Both the position numbers and the translations under genes were made by a program. From Candidatus Obscuribacteraceae bacterium (GTDB lineage: Bacteria; Cyanobacteriota; Vampirovibrionia; Obscuribacterales; Obscuribacteraceae): 64,000 nucleotides of DNA. A model generated the notes under the pieces. The model did not search any database. It worked only from the letters and a program-made list of their open reading frames with translations, and had not been told where the DNA came from. The stretch is from positions 288,001 to 352,000 of the forward strand of contig JBGAHS010000008.1 of the NCBI GenBank assembly GCA_044226015.1, written 5' to 3'. Shown here piece by piece: positions 48,373-58,827 of this stretch (position 1 is the first letter of the stretch; each line of letters opens with the position of its first letter).

Positions 48373-51300
48373 ATGGACGTATTTGAAGTTCGTCAGAGTC
48401 TCATCGATGACTACGCCAATTACATTGGTAGTTTCTTTCAGATAAAAGATCCTCGAATCGAGAGCAAGGTGAAAACGAGTCTCGAAGAGGGCTTGCTCTG
48501 GCCGGAGCCGCTGATTCAACTCAATCCTTCATTCGAGCCTGGAAAATGGATCGATGAATTGGTAAAGGAAGGCGTTCTTGCTCAGGAATGCAGCAAAATC
48601 TTCCGAAAGAAACCGCAGGCTGATGTAGATAACGGTCCATTGCGCCTCCACAAGCACCAGGAAGAAGCGTTGCGCACTGCACGGACCGGAGCTAACTACG
48701 TTCTAACAACCGGCACTGGTTCGGGTAAAAGCCTTGCTTACATAGTGCCGATAGTTGATCACATTGTGCGAAATGGTTCTGGAAAGGGCGTTCAAGCAAT
48801 CGTCATTTATCCCATGAATGCGCTTGCAAACAGCCAGGAAGGCGAGCTAAAAAAATTCCTTGAGAATGGTTATCCAAAAGGAAAGAGCCCGGTCACATTC
48901 CGTCGCTATACCGGACAAGAAAGCGAAGATACGAAAAACGAAATCATCGCGAATCCACCAGACATCATTCTGACAAACTATGTAATGCTGGAATTAATGC
49001 TTACTCGTCCCTCTGAAGAGAAGCTGATTGCAGCAGCCAAAGGAATGAAATTCCTGGTGTTTGACGAATTGCACACCTACCGGGGACGGCAGGGTGCCGA
49101 CGTAGCATTGCTGGCACGCAGAGTTGCAGATCGAGTTGGAGCAGAACGGCTTCAATTCGTGGGTACCTCCGCAACATTGGCTGGTGGAGATAACTACGAA
49201 GAAAAGCAACGAGAAGTAGCTGCCGTTGCGTCAAAGATTTTTGGTGCTCCGGTTCATCCAGAACATGTAATCGGCGAGACTCTCAGACGTGCGACTCCCG
49301 AGCTTGATTTCACCAAGAACTCGGTAATTACCGATCTCGCAAGCCGAGTTTCTGATGAAGAATACAAATTGCCGATGGATTTCGAATCCTTTGTCAAAGA
49401 GCCACTATCAAGCTGGTTGGAAACAACATTCGGAATTAAGAAAGAAGCCAACAGCGAACGCTTGATGCGAACAATACCGATGAGCATAACGGGCGAGGAT
49501 GGTGCAGCGAAGCAGCTAAGCAAACTTACAGGTGTAGATGACAAAGTATGCGCACGGACTATTCAACGTGGTTTGCTTGCTGGCTACCAGTGTGCGCCGA
49601 ATCCCGAAACAGGTTTTCCCGCGTTTGCGTTTCGCGTGCATCAATTCATCAGCAGAGGCGATACCGTTTATTCGTCACTAGAATCGGCAGAAGCCAGGCA
49701 CTTGACGATGTTCGGTCAGCAATTTACACCGGAAGATCGGACGAAAATATTGCTCCCGATGTGTTTCTGCCGTGAGTGCGGACAGGAATATTACACAATT
49801 AGACGCAAGAAGAATCCTAAGCCAGGTGAACGTGCGGTCGAGCCACGAGTGTTTCAGGACCAAGGACATGACGCAACTGGAGATGCCGGATATTTGTACT
49901 TCAGTGAAACCGATCCGTGGCCGGATGATGATCCGACCGACAGATTGCCAGACGATTGGCTGGAAGAGGGCAAGCAAGGTGCTCGAATAAAGAGCGGCAG
50001 AAAAGAATACTTGCCAAAGGCAATCATGCTTGACGCCGGTGGCTTTGAATCGGCAGGCGGACAGAAGTACCATTTTGTCACTACTCCCTTCCAATTCTGC
50101 CTGAGTTGTGGAGTCACATATAATAGGCAAAGATCAGACTTCGGAAAACTGAGCACGCTTAGTTCGGAAGGAAGAAGCACCGCCACAACAATTCTCAATT
50201 TGTCGGCAATTTTGAGATTGCGTAATGAAGAGACCTTACCCAGCACGGCTCGAAAGCTCTTGAGCTTCACCGACAACAGGCAAGACGCGTCGCTGCAGGC
50301 TGGCCACTTCAACGACTTTGTCGAAATAGGACTATTGCGCGGTGCACTCTATCGAGCGGTGGAAGAAGCGGGCACAAACGGTGTTAGTCACGAAGTTCTT
50401 TGTCAAAAGGTGTTCGACTCACTCGCACTTCCAGTTCGATATTACTCGCTAGATCCCACAGTAAGGTTCCAAGCGAAGATAGATACCGACAAAGCATTTA
50501 GAGACCTGCTCGGTTACCGAATCTATCGAGATCTTGAAAGAGGCTGGCGTATTACTGCTCCAAATTTGGAGCAATGCGGATTGCTTGAAATCGAGTATCT
50601 ATCACTGAAAGATGTGACCGAAGCTGAAGACGTTTGGCAAGATACGCATGTGGTTCTTCTGAATGCGCCGCCTGTTCTTCGAATGGAAATCTGCAAAGTC
50701 CTTCTGGATCACATGAGGCGCGAGCTTGCGATTCAAGTCGACTATCTTGATCCTCAATTTCAGGAACGAATTCAGCGCGAAAGTAACGCAAGGCTGAGAT
50801 CACCTTGGTCGATTGACGAAAATGAACGAATGCTCCGCTCATCGATTTTGTATCCGCGCTCATCTCGCGGGCCGGATGGTGACGGCAGCGTGTATTTGTC
50901 TCCGCGGGGAGCTGTTGCTCAATTCTTCAAAAAGCGGTTGCAAGGATTGCTGAGAGGTCACAAGCTCGATACAAATGATGTGCAAGCAATATGCCAGCAG
51001 TTGTTGAACGCACTCAGAATCGCTGGATTAGTAGCGGTTGTTCGGGAACCTCGGGACAACGATGATGTTCCAGGCTACCAATTACGATCATCAGGAATGT
51101 TATGGAAGGTCGGCGATGGTAAGAAAGCGTATCACGATCCAATACGTGTGCCTAGACCATCCGAAGAAGGCGGTAAGCCGAACTTTTTCTTCGTTGATTT
51201 CTATCGCCAAACCGCAAAAGACCTGGTTGGACTCGAAGGAAGAGAGCACACCGCACAGGTAGATGCAGGAGCTCGCTTAGAAAGAGAAGATCAATTTAGA

Positions 51301-53892
51301 AAAGGCGAACTACCGATTTTGTTTTGCAGTCCGACCATGGAACTCGGCGTTGATATAGCCGATCTCAACGTGGTTAATTTGCGTAACATGCCGCCCACTC
51401 CTGCAAACTATTCGCAGCGCTCAGGTCGAGCAGGCAGAAGCGGGCAGCCGGCGATGGTCTTCACCTACTGCAGCAGCACAAGCCAACATGACCAATATTT
51501 CTACCGCCGTCCTGAGCAGATGGTGGCAGGTATCGTAAGCCCGCCGAGACTAGAACTCGCCAATGAAGATTTAGTCAGAGCGCATATGCACTCAATTTGG
51601 TTGGCGGAAACAGGACAAGACCTAAGACGATCATTGAAAGAAATCCTCGATTTAGGCGGACAGAAACCGTCGTTAGAACTGCTCTCAAGTGTTATTGACA
51701 GTTTGCGATCAGATCAAGCGAAGAAGCGCGCTTACACCAGAGCTGCCAACGTATTGAAGAGTATTGAAAACGAAGTTAAAGCATCAGACTGGTACAACGA
51801 TCAATGGCTAGATTCAGTCCTGAAGCAAGCACTTGAGAGATTTGATCTTGCTTGCGAAAGATGGCGTTCTCTGTTCCGAGCAGCTTCAAATCAACGAGAT
51901 ATGCAACACGCAATCGTGGTTGACCATTTGCGGAATCAATATGACAAAGACACTGCAAAGCGGCTTAGAAGAGAAGCTGAATCCCAGATTGATCTTTTGC
52001 TGGATACCAGCAACGTCAGTCAATCCGATTTCTATAGTTACAGATATTTTGCAAGTGAAGGATTCCTGCCTGGCTACAGCTTCCCAAGGTTGCCTCTCTC
52101 AGCATTTATTCCGGCAAGGAAAAAGCAAGATGGACGAGACGAGTTCCTCTCTCGCCCACGTTTTCTTGCAATTTCGGAGTTCGGGCCCCGCAGCATCATT
52201 TATCACGAGGGCGCACGGTACGTTGTTAGCAAGGTTATTCTTCCGGCAACAGACGATGATGGCAATCTGCCGCTGCGAAATGTGAAACAGTGCGAACGGT
52301 GTTCTTACATTCACCCAGTTACTGATGGTGTTGGTGATGATCTTTGTAACCAATGTGGCGCTTCGTTGCCGCTCGCAAGACCAAGAATGTTCAGGCTGGA
52401 AAATGTGGTTACACGACGAAGAGACCGCATAAGCAGCGATGAGGAAGAACGCGTTAGGCAAGGTTATGAACTGAAAACTGGCTTCAGGTTCGCTGAACAC
52501 GGTGGCAGACCTTCTAATAGAATTGCCACGCTAAGATCTCAAGGCGAAGATATTGGCATATTGACCTACGGCGATAGTGCTACTTTGTGGCGCATTAATA
52601 TTGGATGGGCGAGGCGCAAAGATCGAAATGATGTTGGATTTGTGCTCGATACCGAGCGGGGAACCTGGGGAAAGGATCAAAATCAAGCAGCAAACGACGA
52701 CGACGACAATGCCGATCCATTGGGTACAAGAACATCCAAAGTTGTCCCATTCGTTGAAGACCGTCGCAATTGTCTGATTCTACATTTGAATCAAAAACTT
52801 GATGAGGTACAAGTCGCATCACTTCAGTCTGCTCTGAAATCGGCAATACAGGTCATTTATCAACTGGAAGACAGCGAGCTAGCAAGCGAGCCACTGCCAG
52901 ACCGAGAGCAAGCACACGCTTTGTTGTTTTATGAAGCCGCAGAAGGTGGCGCTGGTGTTTTGCGACGCCTGTTAGATAATGCAGAAGAGTTCGGAAATGT
53001 TGCGAAAAAGGCCCTGGAACTCTGCCATTTTGATCCACAAACTCTAGACGATCTTGGAAAGCACCCGCGATCAAAAGAACGATGCGAGGCCGCGTGTTAT
53101 GACTGCCTGATGAGCTATCGCAATCAGAAAGATCATTTGTTCTTAGACAGAGGACAAATCAGAGACCTGCTGGGCACTTTGCGTTCCTGCGAGGTACACG
53201 CGGCACCAGCTCAGCTCAGCCGAGAAGAGCACCTTCAACAGCTAATGCGACTAACAGACTCTGAACTTGAGAGAGAATGGCTGAGGTACTGTGACCACCA
53301 TGGTTATAGATTGCCTTCGCATGCGCAAAAACTTATCGAGAAATGTGGCGCAAAGCCTGACTTCTATTATGACGAAGCTATGGCAGTGGTTTACGTGGAC
53401 GGTCCAATTCATGACTATCCAGATCGCCAAGTTCGTGATGACGAGAAACGCGCTGCCCTGAGAAATGAGGGTTATACAGTTTTGCGATTCAAACATTCCG
53501 AAAACTGGCTGGAAGGATTTTCGTCGAAGGTGTCAGTATTCGGCAAAGCGAAGAAAGCCGTCAAGGCGGAAGAAACAGCAGAAATAATTGACAAAGATCT
53601 GTTCCCAGAGCAGCTGCATAAGTTGCTTGAACTTTTGCAGCATGCAGGCGTTCATGGGATCGAACCCGGTAGCGATGTAATGGACAAAGGCATGGTTGTC
53701 GGACGCTACCATATGGAAATTGGAAACGGTGATGCTAAATCCAGGATCATAATCATTGATGCCGATGATCCAGACAAGGACAAAATTCTTGATGCGCTAA
53801 AGAAAAATGGACACGTAATCCTTGAGTCTGCTCCAGGCACTGAGGAAACCACTGTCAAAACGATTCTGGAAAAGCTCGGAGGTAAGAATTAA
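48373..53892 (+). CDS. DEAD/DEAH helicase with DUF1998 and Vsr/DUF559-like nuclease domain
   Basis: TGTGSGKS, DELH, SAT, QRSGRAGR; CEAACYDCL; KPDFYY...VDGPIH...RD. Confidence 0.92.
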   Translation: MDVFEVRQSLIDDYANYIGSFFQIKDPRIESKVKTSLEEGLLWPEPLIQLNPSFEPGKWIDELVKEGVLAQECSKIFRKKPQADVDNGPLRLHKHQEEALRTARTGANYVLTTGTGSGKSLAYIVPIVDHIVRNGSGKGVQAIVIYPMNALANSQEGELKKFLENGYPKGKSPVTFRRYTGQESEDTKNEIIANPPDIILTNYVMLELMLTRPSEEKLIAAAKGMKFLVFDELHTYRGRQGADVALLARRVADRVGAERLQFVGTSATLAGGDNYEEKQREVAAVASKIFGAPVHPEHVIGETLRRATPELDFTKNSVITDLASRVSDEEYKLPMDFESFVKEPLSSWLETTFGIKKEANSERLMRTIPMSITGEDGAAKQLSKLTGVDDKVCARTIQRGLLAGYQCAPNPETGFPAFAFRVHQFISRGDTVYSSLESAEARHLTMFGQQFTPEDRTKILLPMCFCRECGQEYYTIRRKKNPKPGERAVEPRVFQDQGHDATGDAGYLYFSETDPWPDDDPTDRLPDDWLEEGKQGARIKSGRKEYLPKAIMLDAGGFESAGGQKYHFVTTPFQFCLSCGVTYNRQRSDFGKLSTLSSEGRSTATTILNLSAILRLRNEETLPSTARKLLSFTDNRQDASLQAGHFNDFVEIGLLRGALYRAVEEAGTNGVSHEVLCQKVFDSLALPVRYYSLDPTVRFQAKIDTDKAFRDLLGYRIYRDLERGWRITAPNLEQCGLLEIEYLSLKDVTEAEDVWQDTHVVLLNAPPVLRMEICKVLLDHMRRELAIQVDYLDPQFQERIQRESNARLRSPWSIDENERMLRSSILYPRSSRGPDGDGSVYLSPRGAVAQFFKKRLQGLLRGHKLDTNDVQAICQQLLNALRIAGLVAVVREPRDNDDVPGYQLRSSGMLWKVGDGKKAYHDPIRVPRPSEEGGKPNFFFVDFYRQTAKDLVGLEGREHTAQVDAGARLEREDQFRKGELPILFCSPTMELGVDIADLNVVNLRNMPPTPANYSQRSGRAGRSGQPAMVFTYCSSTSQHDQYFYRRPEQMVAGIVSPPRLELANEDLVRAHMHSIWLAETGQDLRRSLKEILDLGGQKPSLELLSSVIDSLRSDQAKKRAYTRAANVLKSIENEVKASDWYNDQWLDSVLKQALERFDLACERWRSLFRAASNQRDMQHAIVVDHLRNQYDKDTAKRLRREAESQIDLLLDTSNVSQSDFYSYRYFASEGFLPGYSFPRLPLSAFIPARKKQDGRDEFLSRPRFLAISEFGPRSIIYHEGARYVVSKVILPATDDDGNLPLRNVKQCERCSYIHPVTDGVGDDLCNQCGASLPLARPRMFRLENVVTRRRDRISSDEEERVRQGYELKTGFRFAEHGGRPSNRIATLRSQGEDIGILTYGDSATLWRINIGWARRKDRNDVGFVLDTERGTWGKDQNQAANDDDDNADPLGTRTSKVVPFVEDRRNCLILHLNQKLDEVQVASLQSALKSAIQVIYQLEDSELASEPLPDREQAHALLFYEAAEGGAGVLRRLLDNAEEFGNVAKKALELCHFDPQTLDDLGKHPRSKERCEAACYDCLMSYRNQKDHLFLDRGQIRDLLGTLRSCEVHAAPAQLSREEHLQQLMRLTDSELEREWLRYCDHHGYRLPSHAQKLIEKCGAKPDFYYDEAMAVVYVDGPIHDYPDRQVRDDEKRAALRNEGYTVLRFKHSENWLEGFSSKVSVFGKAKKAVKAEETAEIIDKDLFPEQLHKLLELLQHAGVHGIEPGSDVMDKGMVVGRYHMEIGNGDAKSRIIIIDADDPDKDKILDALKKNGHVILESAPGTEETTVKTILEKLGGKN

Positions 53893-55973
53893 TGGCAGTT
53901 GCACTAGCAAATAGTTTCCTGGGATCGCTGATCGGGCTGAATCGAGGCGAGCAAAAATCAGCTGCAGAATTTGTGGACAAGTTTCAGGCGAATCCAGCGC
54001 ATCCGGGGCTCAGCTTAGAGCGTATTGTGCACGGAAAAGAAAAAAACTTATGGTCAGGCCGAGTCACGCAGGGACTTCGAGCCATCTTACATAAGGAAGG
54101 CGACTTCTGGAGCATTCTTTATGTTGGTCAACACGACGACGCCTATCACTGGGCAGAACGTCGCTCGGTTGAACGCAATCCACGGACGGGCGCTTTGCAA
54201 GTAGTTGTGGCTCCTGAGACCGTAACTGAAAAACTCTCTGAGTACAAAGCTCCGGAGACTCAGCCACCTCTTTTCAAGAAATTCCAGGACGACTACTTAT
54301 TGAGCCTCGGCTTACCGGAGAGTTGGTTGCCAGCCATTCGACTGCTAAAAACTGATGAGCAATTGCTGGAGATAGTCGCAGATCTCCCAGAGGAAGTTGC
54401 CGAAAGATTGCTTGATCTCTCGGCAGGCAAAGTTGTAGCCCCGCCGTTGCCAATTGCTGCAGACAAACCTGTTTTGGAATCTGAAGATACTCAAAGAAGA
54501 TTCTATGTGATTGAAGACAGCGAAGAGTTATTGAGAATGCTTTCCGCGCCCATGTCCACGTGGCTTGGATTCTTGCATCCTTCTCAGCGAAAAATTGTAA
54601 GCGGAAAATACAACGGTCCTGTCAAAGTGACTGGTTCAGCAGGCACTGGAAAAACTGTTGTAGGAATGCATAGAGCCAGACATTTGGCCAGGCAAGGAAA
54701 AAACGTTCTGCTAACAAGTTATGTAGGAACGCTCTGCGATAACATTCAAGAAAGTCTCAAGTTGCTTTGCAGTAATGAAGAGCTAAAAAGGATCACGGTT
54801 GATACAGTGCACGCTCAAGCTTTGCAGCTGATCAGAGCATCCGGTGAAAGACTTACGATTGTGGATGACAAAGAGATAGCAAAGCTGCTGGAACAGTTTC
54901 ACTGGGGCGGTTGTCCGATGGACGCCAGGACGCTTCATAGTGAATGGATCGAGATTATTCAATCACAAGGAATAAAAACCTGGGATCAGTATAGAGATGC
55001 CAACAGAAAGGGGCGAGGACACGCACTTGGCGTTAAAGATCGCAAGCTGGTCTGGCAGGTTTTTGAACAGGTGTTCCAAAGATTCTCTCAGAACGGCATG
55101 TGTGATTGGTCTTCGCTCTGTCAACGCGCACGCGATCTGATAGATTCAGGCAAAGCAAAGAGTAAATACAATGCCGTAATTGTAGATGAAGTCCAGGATC
55201 TGCGCCCGCAAGAAATTCGATTTCTAGCAAGCTTAGCAAAAGACGAAAAAGATGGACTCATGTTGCTGGGTGACGGCGGGCAACGTATTTACGGTAAGAA
55301 GATCTCATTGAAAGCCATGAACGTGGATGTGCGAGGACGATCACACATTCTCAAAGTCAACTATCGAACAACGGCACAAATTCGCGCTTTTGCCGAGCGA
55401 CTGTTGCAAACCGATGGCGATGACCTGGATGAAGGAGCGGAAGATCGCAGCGATACAAAGAGTTTGCTACGTGGACCAGAACCGCAGCTGACAGGCTTTG
55501 AATCCGTCGAGGGAGAAGCTGAGTTCATTTGCAAGACAATCAGCGAGACGATCAAAGAAGGAGTTGCTGCGGAGGACATTGCAATATTTGGACGAACCAA
55601 TGATCTGTTGGCTCCAATCGAAAAGTGCATCAAGAACAAGAAGTTGGATTTCCGTTATTTGAAAAACGAAGGTGCTGCCGCAAACGCAGTGGTTCCTGGT
55701 GTAAATCTTGGGACTATGCACAGAGCAAAAGGGCTGGAGTTCAAAGTCGTATTTGTTGCAGGCGTTTCAACGGAGAACTTGCCTTTACCAGTTGCATTGC
55801 GTGCGGTCAAAGATCCAAATGATAGAGGCGACGTTATAGAACTAGAAAGACATCTTCTGTATGTGAGTGCAACAAGAGCGCGTGATGAGGTGTTCATTAC
55901 TTGGGTAGGAAAGCCCAGCGAGTTTCTAGAAGCTGAAGTCAATCAAAAACAACTTACAGGCGCCAGGAGGTAA
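53892..55973 (+). CDS. UvrD-like SF1 helicase with N-terminal RelE-like domain
   Basis: GSAGTGKT, VDEVQD, GDGGQRIY, NYRTT, HRAKGLEF, YVSATRAR. Confidence 0.92.
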   Translation: MAVALANSFLGSLIGLNRGEQKSAAEFVDKFQANPAHPGLSLERIVHGKEKNLWSGRVTQGLRAILHKEGDFWSILYVGQHDDAYHWAERRSVERNPRTGALQVVVAPETVTEKLSEYKAPETQPPLFKKFQDDYLLSLGLPESWLPAIRLLKTDEQLLEIVADLPEEVAERLLDLSAGKVVAPPLPIAADKPVLESEDTQRRFYVIEDSEELLRMLSAPMSTWLGFLHPSQRKIVSGKYNGPVKVTGSAGTGKTVVGMHRARHLARQGKNVLLTSYVGTLCDNIQESLKLLCSNEELKRITVDTVHAQALQLIRASGERLTIVDDKEIAKLLEQFHWGGCPMDARTLHSEWIEIIQSQGIKTWDQYRDANRKGRGHALGVKDRKLVWQVFEQVFQRFSQNGMCDWSSLCQRARDLIDSGKAKSKYNAVIVDEVQDLRPQEIRFLASLAKDEKDGLMLLGDGGQRIYGKKISLKAMNVDVRGRSHILKVNYRTTAQIRAFAERLLQTDGDDLDEGAEDRSDTKSLLRGPEPQLTGFESVEGEAEFICKTISETIKEGVAAEDIAIFGRTNDLLAPIEKCIKNKKLDFRYLKNEGAAANAVVPGVNLGTMHRAKGLEFKVVFVAGVSTENLPLPVALRAVKDPNDRGDVIELERHLLYVSATRARDEVFITWVGKPSEFLEAEVNQKQLTGARR

Positions 55974-55978
55974 AGGGA

Positions 55979-58819
55979 ATGCCAGAGTACGCAGTCGGAA
56001 GTCTCGTCAAGGCTAGAGGGAGAGAATGGGTAGTGCTCCCCGAATCCACTGAAAAGCTGCTTCTAGTTCGGCCGCTCGGTGGAACTGAAGATGAGTCGAC
56101 AGGTATTCTGACTTCGCTTGAAGAAGTGGTGCCCGCCAAATTTGCACTGCCTGGACCAAAAGACCTGGGAGATTTCAAATCATGCAAGTTATTGCGTGAT
56201 GCAGTGCGAATTGGATTCCGGTCCAGTGCTGGTCCATTTCGTTCCTTCGGACGCATAGCTGTTGAACCGAGACCATACCAGCTGGTACCGCTCCTGATGG
56301 CTTTGAAGCTCGACCCGGTAAGAATGTTAGTAGCAGATGACGTTGGAATCGGAAAGACCGTGGAAGCTGCGTTGATCGCACGAGAGCTCCTGGACCGAGG
56401 GGAAGCGAGACGACTAGCGGTGATCTGCCCACCTCACCTCGCTGAACAATGGCAACTGGAACTGAAAGACAAATTTCATATTGATGCAGAGTTAGTTCTT
56501 TCAAGTACAGCTGCCAGACTGGAGCGTTTTTGTGCACCAGGTCAGTCGCTCTTCGAAGTCTTTCCATTCGTAATAGTCTCTATGGATTACATCAAATCGG
56601 AATCAAGACGAAGCGAATTTGTTCGAAGCTGCCCAGAATTGGTTATTGTCGATGAAGCACACACCTGTGCTTACAGCCCGGGTGGCAGAGGTGGCAGGCA
56701 CCAGCGGTATCAGTTATTGAAGGAACTTTCACTAAAGAATTCAGATCGGCACATGATTCTAGTGACCGCTACTCCACACTCCGGAAATGAGGATGCATTT
56801 CGATCTTTACTTTCAATCCTAAATCCAGAATTTGAGTCATTGCCGTCAGACCTAAGCGGAGAAGAAAATGTAGAACACAGGCGGAATTTGGCGAAATACT
56901 TCGTACAGCGAAGACGTGGCGACATCAAGAGTTACATGGGATCGGAAACACTCTTTCCGCAGCGCATCGAGAAAGAGGAGACCTTTAGGCTCTCGGATGA
57001 ATACAAGAAGTTGTTCGACAAGGTGCTCGCATATGCACAAGAATCTGTTCAGGATGAACAAGACGGCTCCCATCGGCAGCGTGTCCGCTGGTGGTCCGCA
57101 CTTGCATTATTGCGTTCACTAGCATCAAGTCCGGCGGCTGCAATGTCAACACTCTTGAACCGAGCTTCGACTGCAGAAACCACTACATTGGAGGAAGCAA
57201 ACCAAGTAGGAAGGCAAACAATCTTGGACCTTGACGGCGATGATGCAGCGGAACGAATGGATTGTATCCCTGGCAGCGATTTCCTTGATGATGCTGACAA
57301 CAGTTCCCCAGAGAAAAAACGCCTTCGGGAGATGGCTAAGCTCGCAGAACAACTCAAAGGAAGCAAGGACACAAAACTGCAGAATCTGGTGCTTGTTCTT
57401 GAGCAACTTCTCAAAGACGGATGTAACCCAATAGTTTTTTGCCGCTTTGTCGATACAGCTGACTATGTAGCTGATGAACTCAGAAAACGCCTCAAAGGAG
57501 TCGAGGTGAGTTCTGTTACCGGCACATTACCTCCGGTAGATAGAGAAGAACGAGTTGCAGAACTGAGCAAATCAAATAAGCGCGTGCTTGTATGTACTGA
57601 TTGTCTCAGTGAAGGAATCAATCTACAAAAGGACTTCGATACTGTAATTCATTATGATCTTTCATGGAATCCGACGCGACATGAACAAAGAGAAGGCCGC
57701 GTGGATAGATACGGACAGCCCAAAGAACAGGTAAGAGTAATTACTTATTACGGTACTGATAATAAGATCGATGGAATTGTTCTTGATGTTCTCATAAGAA
57801 AACACAAGACAATCAGAAGTTCGCTTGGAATTTCTGTGCCGGTGCCAGCTGATACAAATCAAGTCTTAGAAGCTATCTTCGAAGGACTCCTGCTTAGGGG
57901 CAAGCCTGTAAAGGAAACGCGAGGTGACAAGAGAGCGGCACCGGAGGATGTGTTCCAGCTACAACTTTTCGAGCCTGAGAAAAAGGCTTTATATGAGGAA
58001 TGGGAGGTCGCCGCAGAAAGAGAGAAGCGTTCACACCAAAGTATGTTTGCGCAGCAGACAATCAAAGTTGAAGACGTATCACGTGAACTTGAGTCAGCTC
58101 GTAAAGCTATTGGGTTCGGCATGGATTTGCGCGCGTTTGTTACAGATGGATTAATGGCCCATAAGGCGGTTGTGTCTGGCAAACAGCGAATATCTGTAGA
58201 CCTGCAAAACATTCCGCAAGCGCTTAAAGAATCCATTGGAAGAGACGAAAATTTCGTCGCGAGATTTGAACCGCCGATTGAGAGTGATGAACTGCTGCTA
58301 TGTCGGACACATCCAGTCGTTGAAGGATTAGCGAATTTTGTTATGGGATCAGCTCTCGATTCATTGAAAGAGGCAGTTGCCAAAAGAGCTGGAGTCATAA
58401 GGACTAAAGATGTTTCGACGCGAACCACAATGCTCGTGCTTAGAGGGCGTTATCACATCGTCACTAAAAAGCAATCTGGTGACTCACGACTATTAGCCGA
58501 AGACTGTATTCTCGCAGCTTTCAGTGGTGCTCCAGAAAATCCTGTATGGCTCGATTCTAACTTGGCTGAGAGTTTGCTGACTGCCAATGTTAATGCCAAC
58601 ATTGCTGCAGACTTGGCGGAAGAGTTCATAACTGAAGTCGTCGATTCCTATGATGCTTTGGAACCAGCACTTGAGAAAGTGATGTCGATGCGAGCCGATG
58701 AATTATTGGATGCTCATCGAAGAGTTCGTGTGGCGTCCAAGAACCGAGGAATTAAGTACGAGGTACATTCAGAATCTGTCGATGTCCTTGCGCTATACGT
58801 TTTTCTTCCACTGAACTGA
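55979..58819 (+). CDS. SNF2-family helicase (DrmD-like)
   Basis: ADDVGIGKT, DEAH, TATPHSG, SEGINLQ, EQREGRVDR. Confidence 0.92.
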   Translation: MPEYAVGSLVKARGREWVVLPESTEKLLLVRPLGGTEDESTGILTSLEEVVPAKFALPGPKDLGDFKSCKLLRDAVRIGFRSSAGPFRSFGRIAVEPRPYQLVPLLMALKLDPVRMLVADDVGIGKTVEAALIARELLDRGEARRLAVICPPHLAEQWQLELKDKFHIDAELVLSSTAARLERFCAPGQSLFEVFPFVIVSMDYIKSESRRSEFVRSCPELVIVDEAHTCAYSPGGRGGRHQRYQLLKELSLKNSDRHMILVTATPHSGNEDAFRSLLSILNPEFESLPSDLSGEENVEHRRNLAKYFVQRRRGDIKSYMGSETLFPQRIEKEETFRLSDEYKKLFDKVLAYAQESVQDEQDGSHRQRVRWWSALALLRSLASSPAAAMSTLLNRASTAETTTLEEANQVGRQTILDLDGDDAAERMDCIPGSDFLDDADNSSPEKKRLREMAKLAEQLKGSKDTKLQNLVLVLEQLLKDGCNPIVFCRFVDTADYVADELRKRLKGVEVSSVTGTLPPVDREERVAELSKSNKRVLVCTDCLSEGINLQKDFDTVIHYDLSWNPTRHEQREGRVDRYGQPKEQVRVITYYGTDNKIDGIVLDVLIRKHKTIRSSLGISVPVPADTNQVLEAIFEGLLLRGKPVKETRGDKRAAPEDVFQLQLFEPEKKALYEEWEVAAEREKRSHQSMFAQQTIKVEDVSRELESARKAIGFGMDLRAFVTDGLMAHKAVVSGKQRISVDLQNIPQALKESIGRDENFVARFEPPIESDELLLCRTHPVVEGLANFVMGSALDSLKEAVAKRAGVIRTKDVSTRTTMLVLRGRYHIVTKKQSGDSRLLAEDCILAAFSGAPENPVWLDSNLAESLLTANVNANIAADLAEEFITEVVDSYDALEPALEKVMSMRADELLDAHRRVRVASKNRGIKYEVHSESVDVLALYVFLPLN

Positions 58820-58827
58820 GGTCGATC

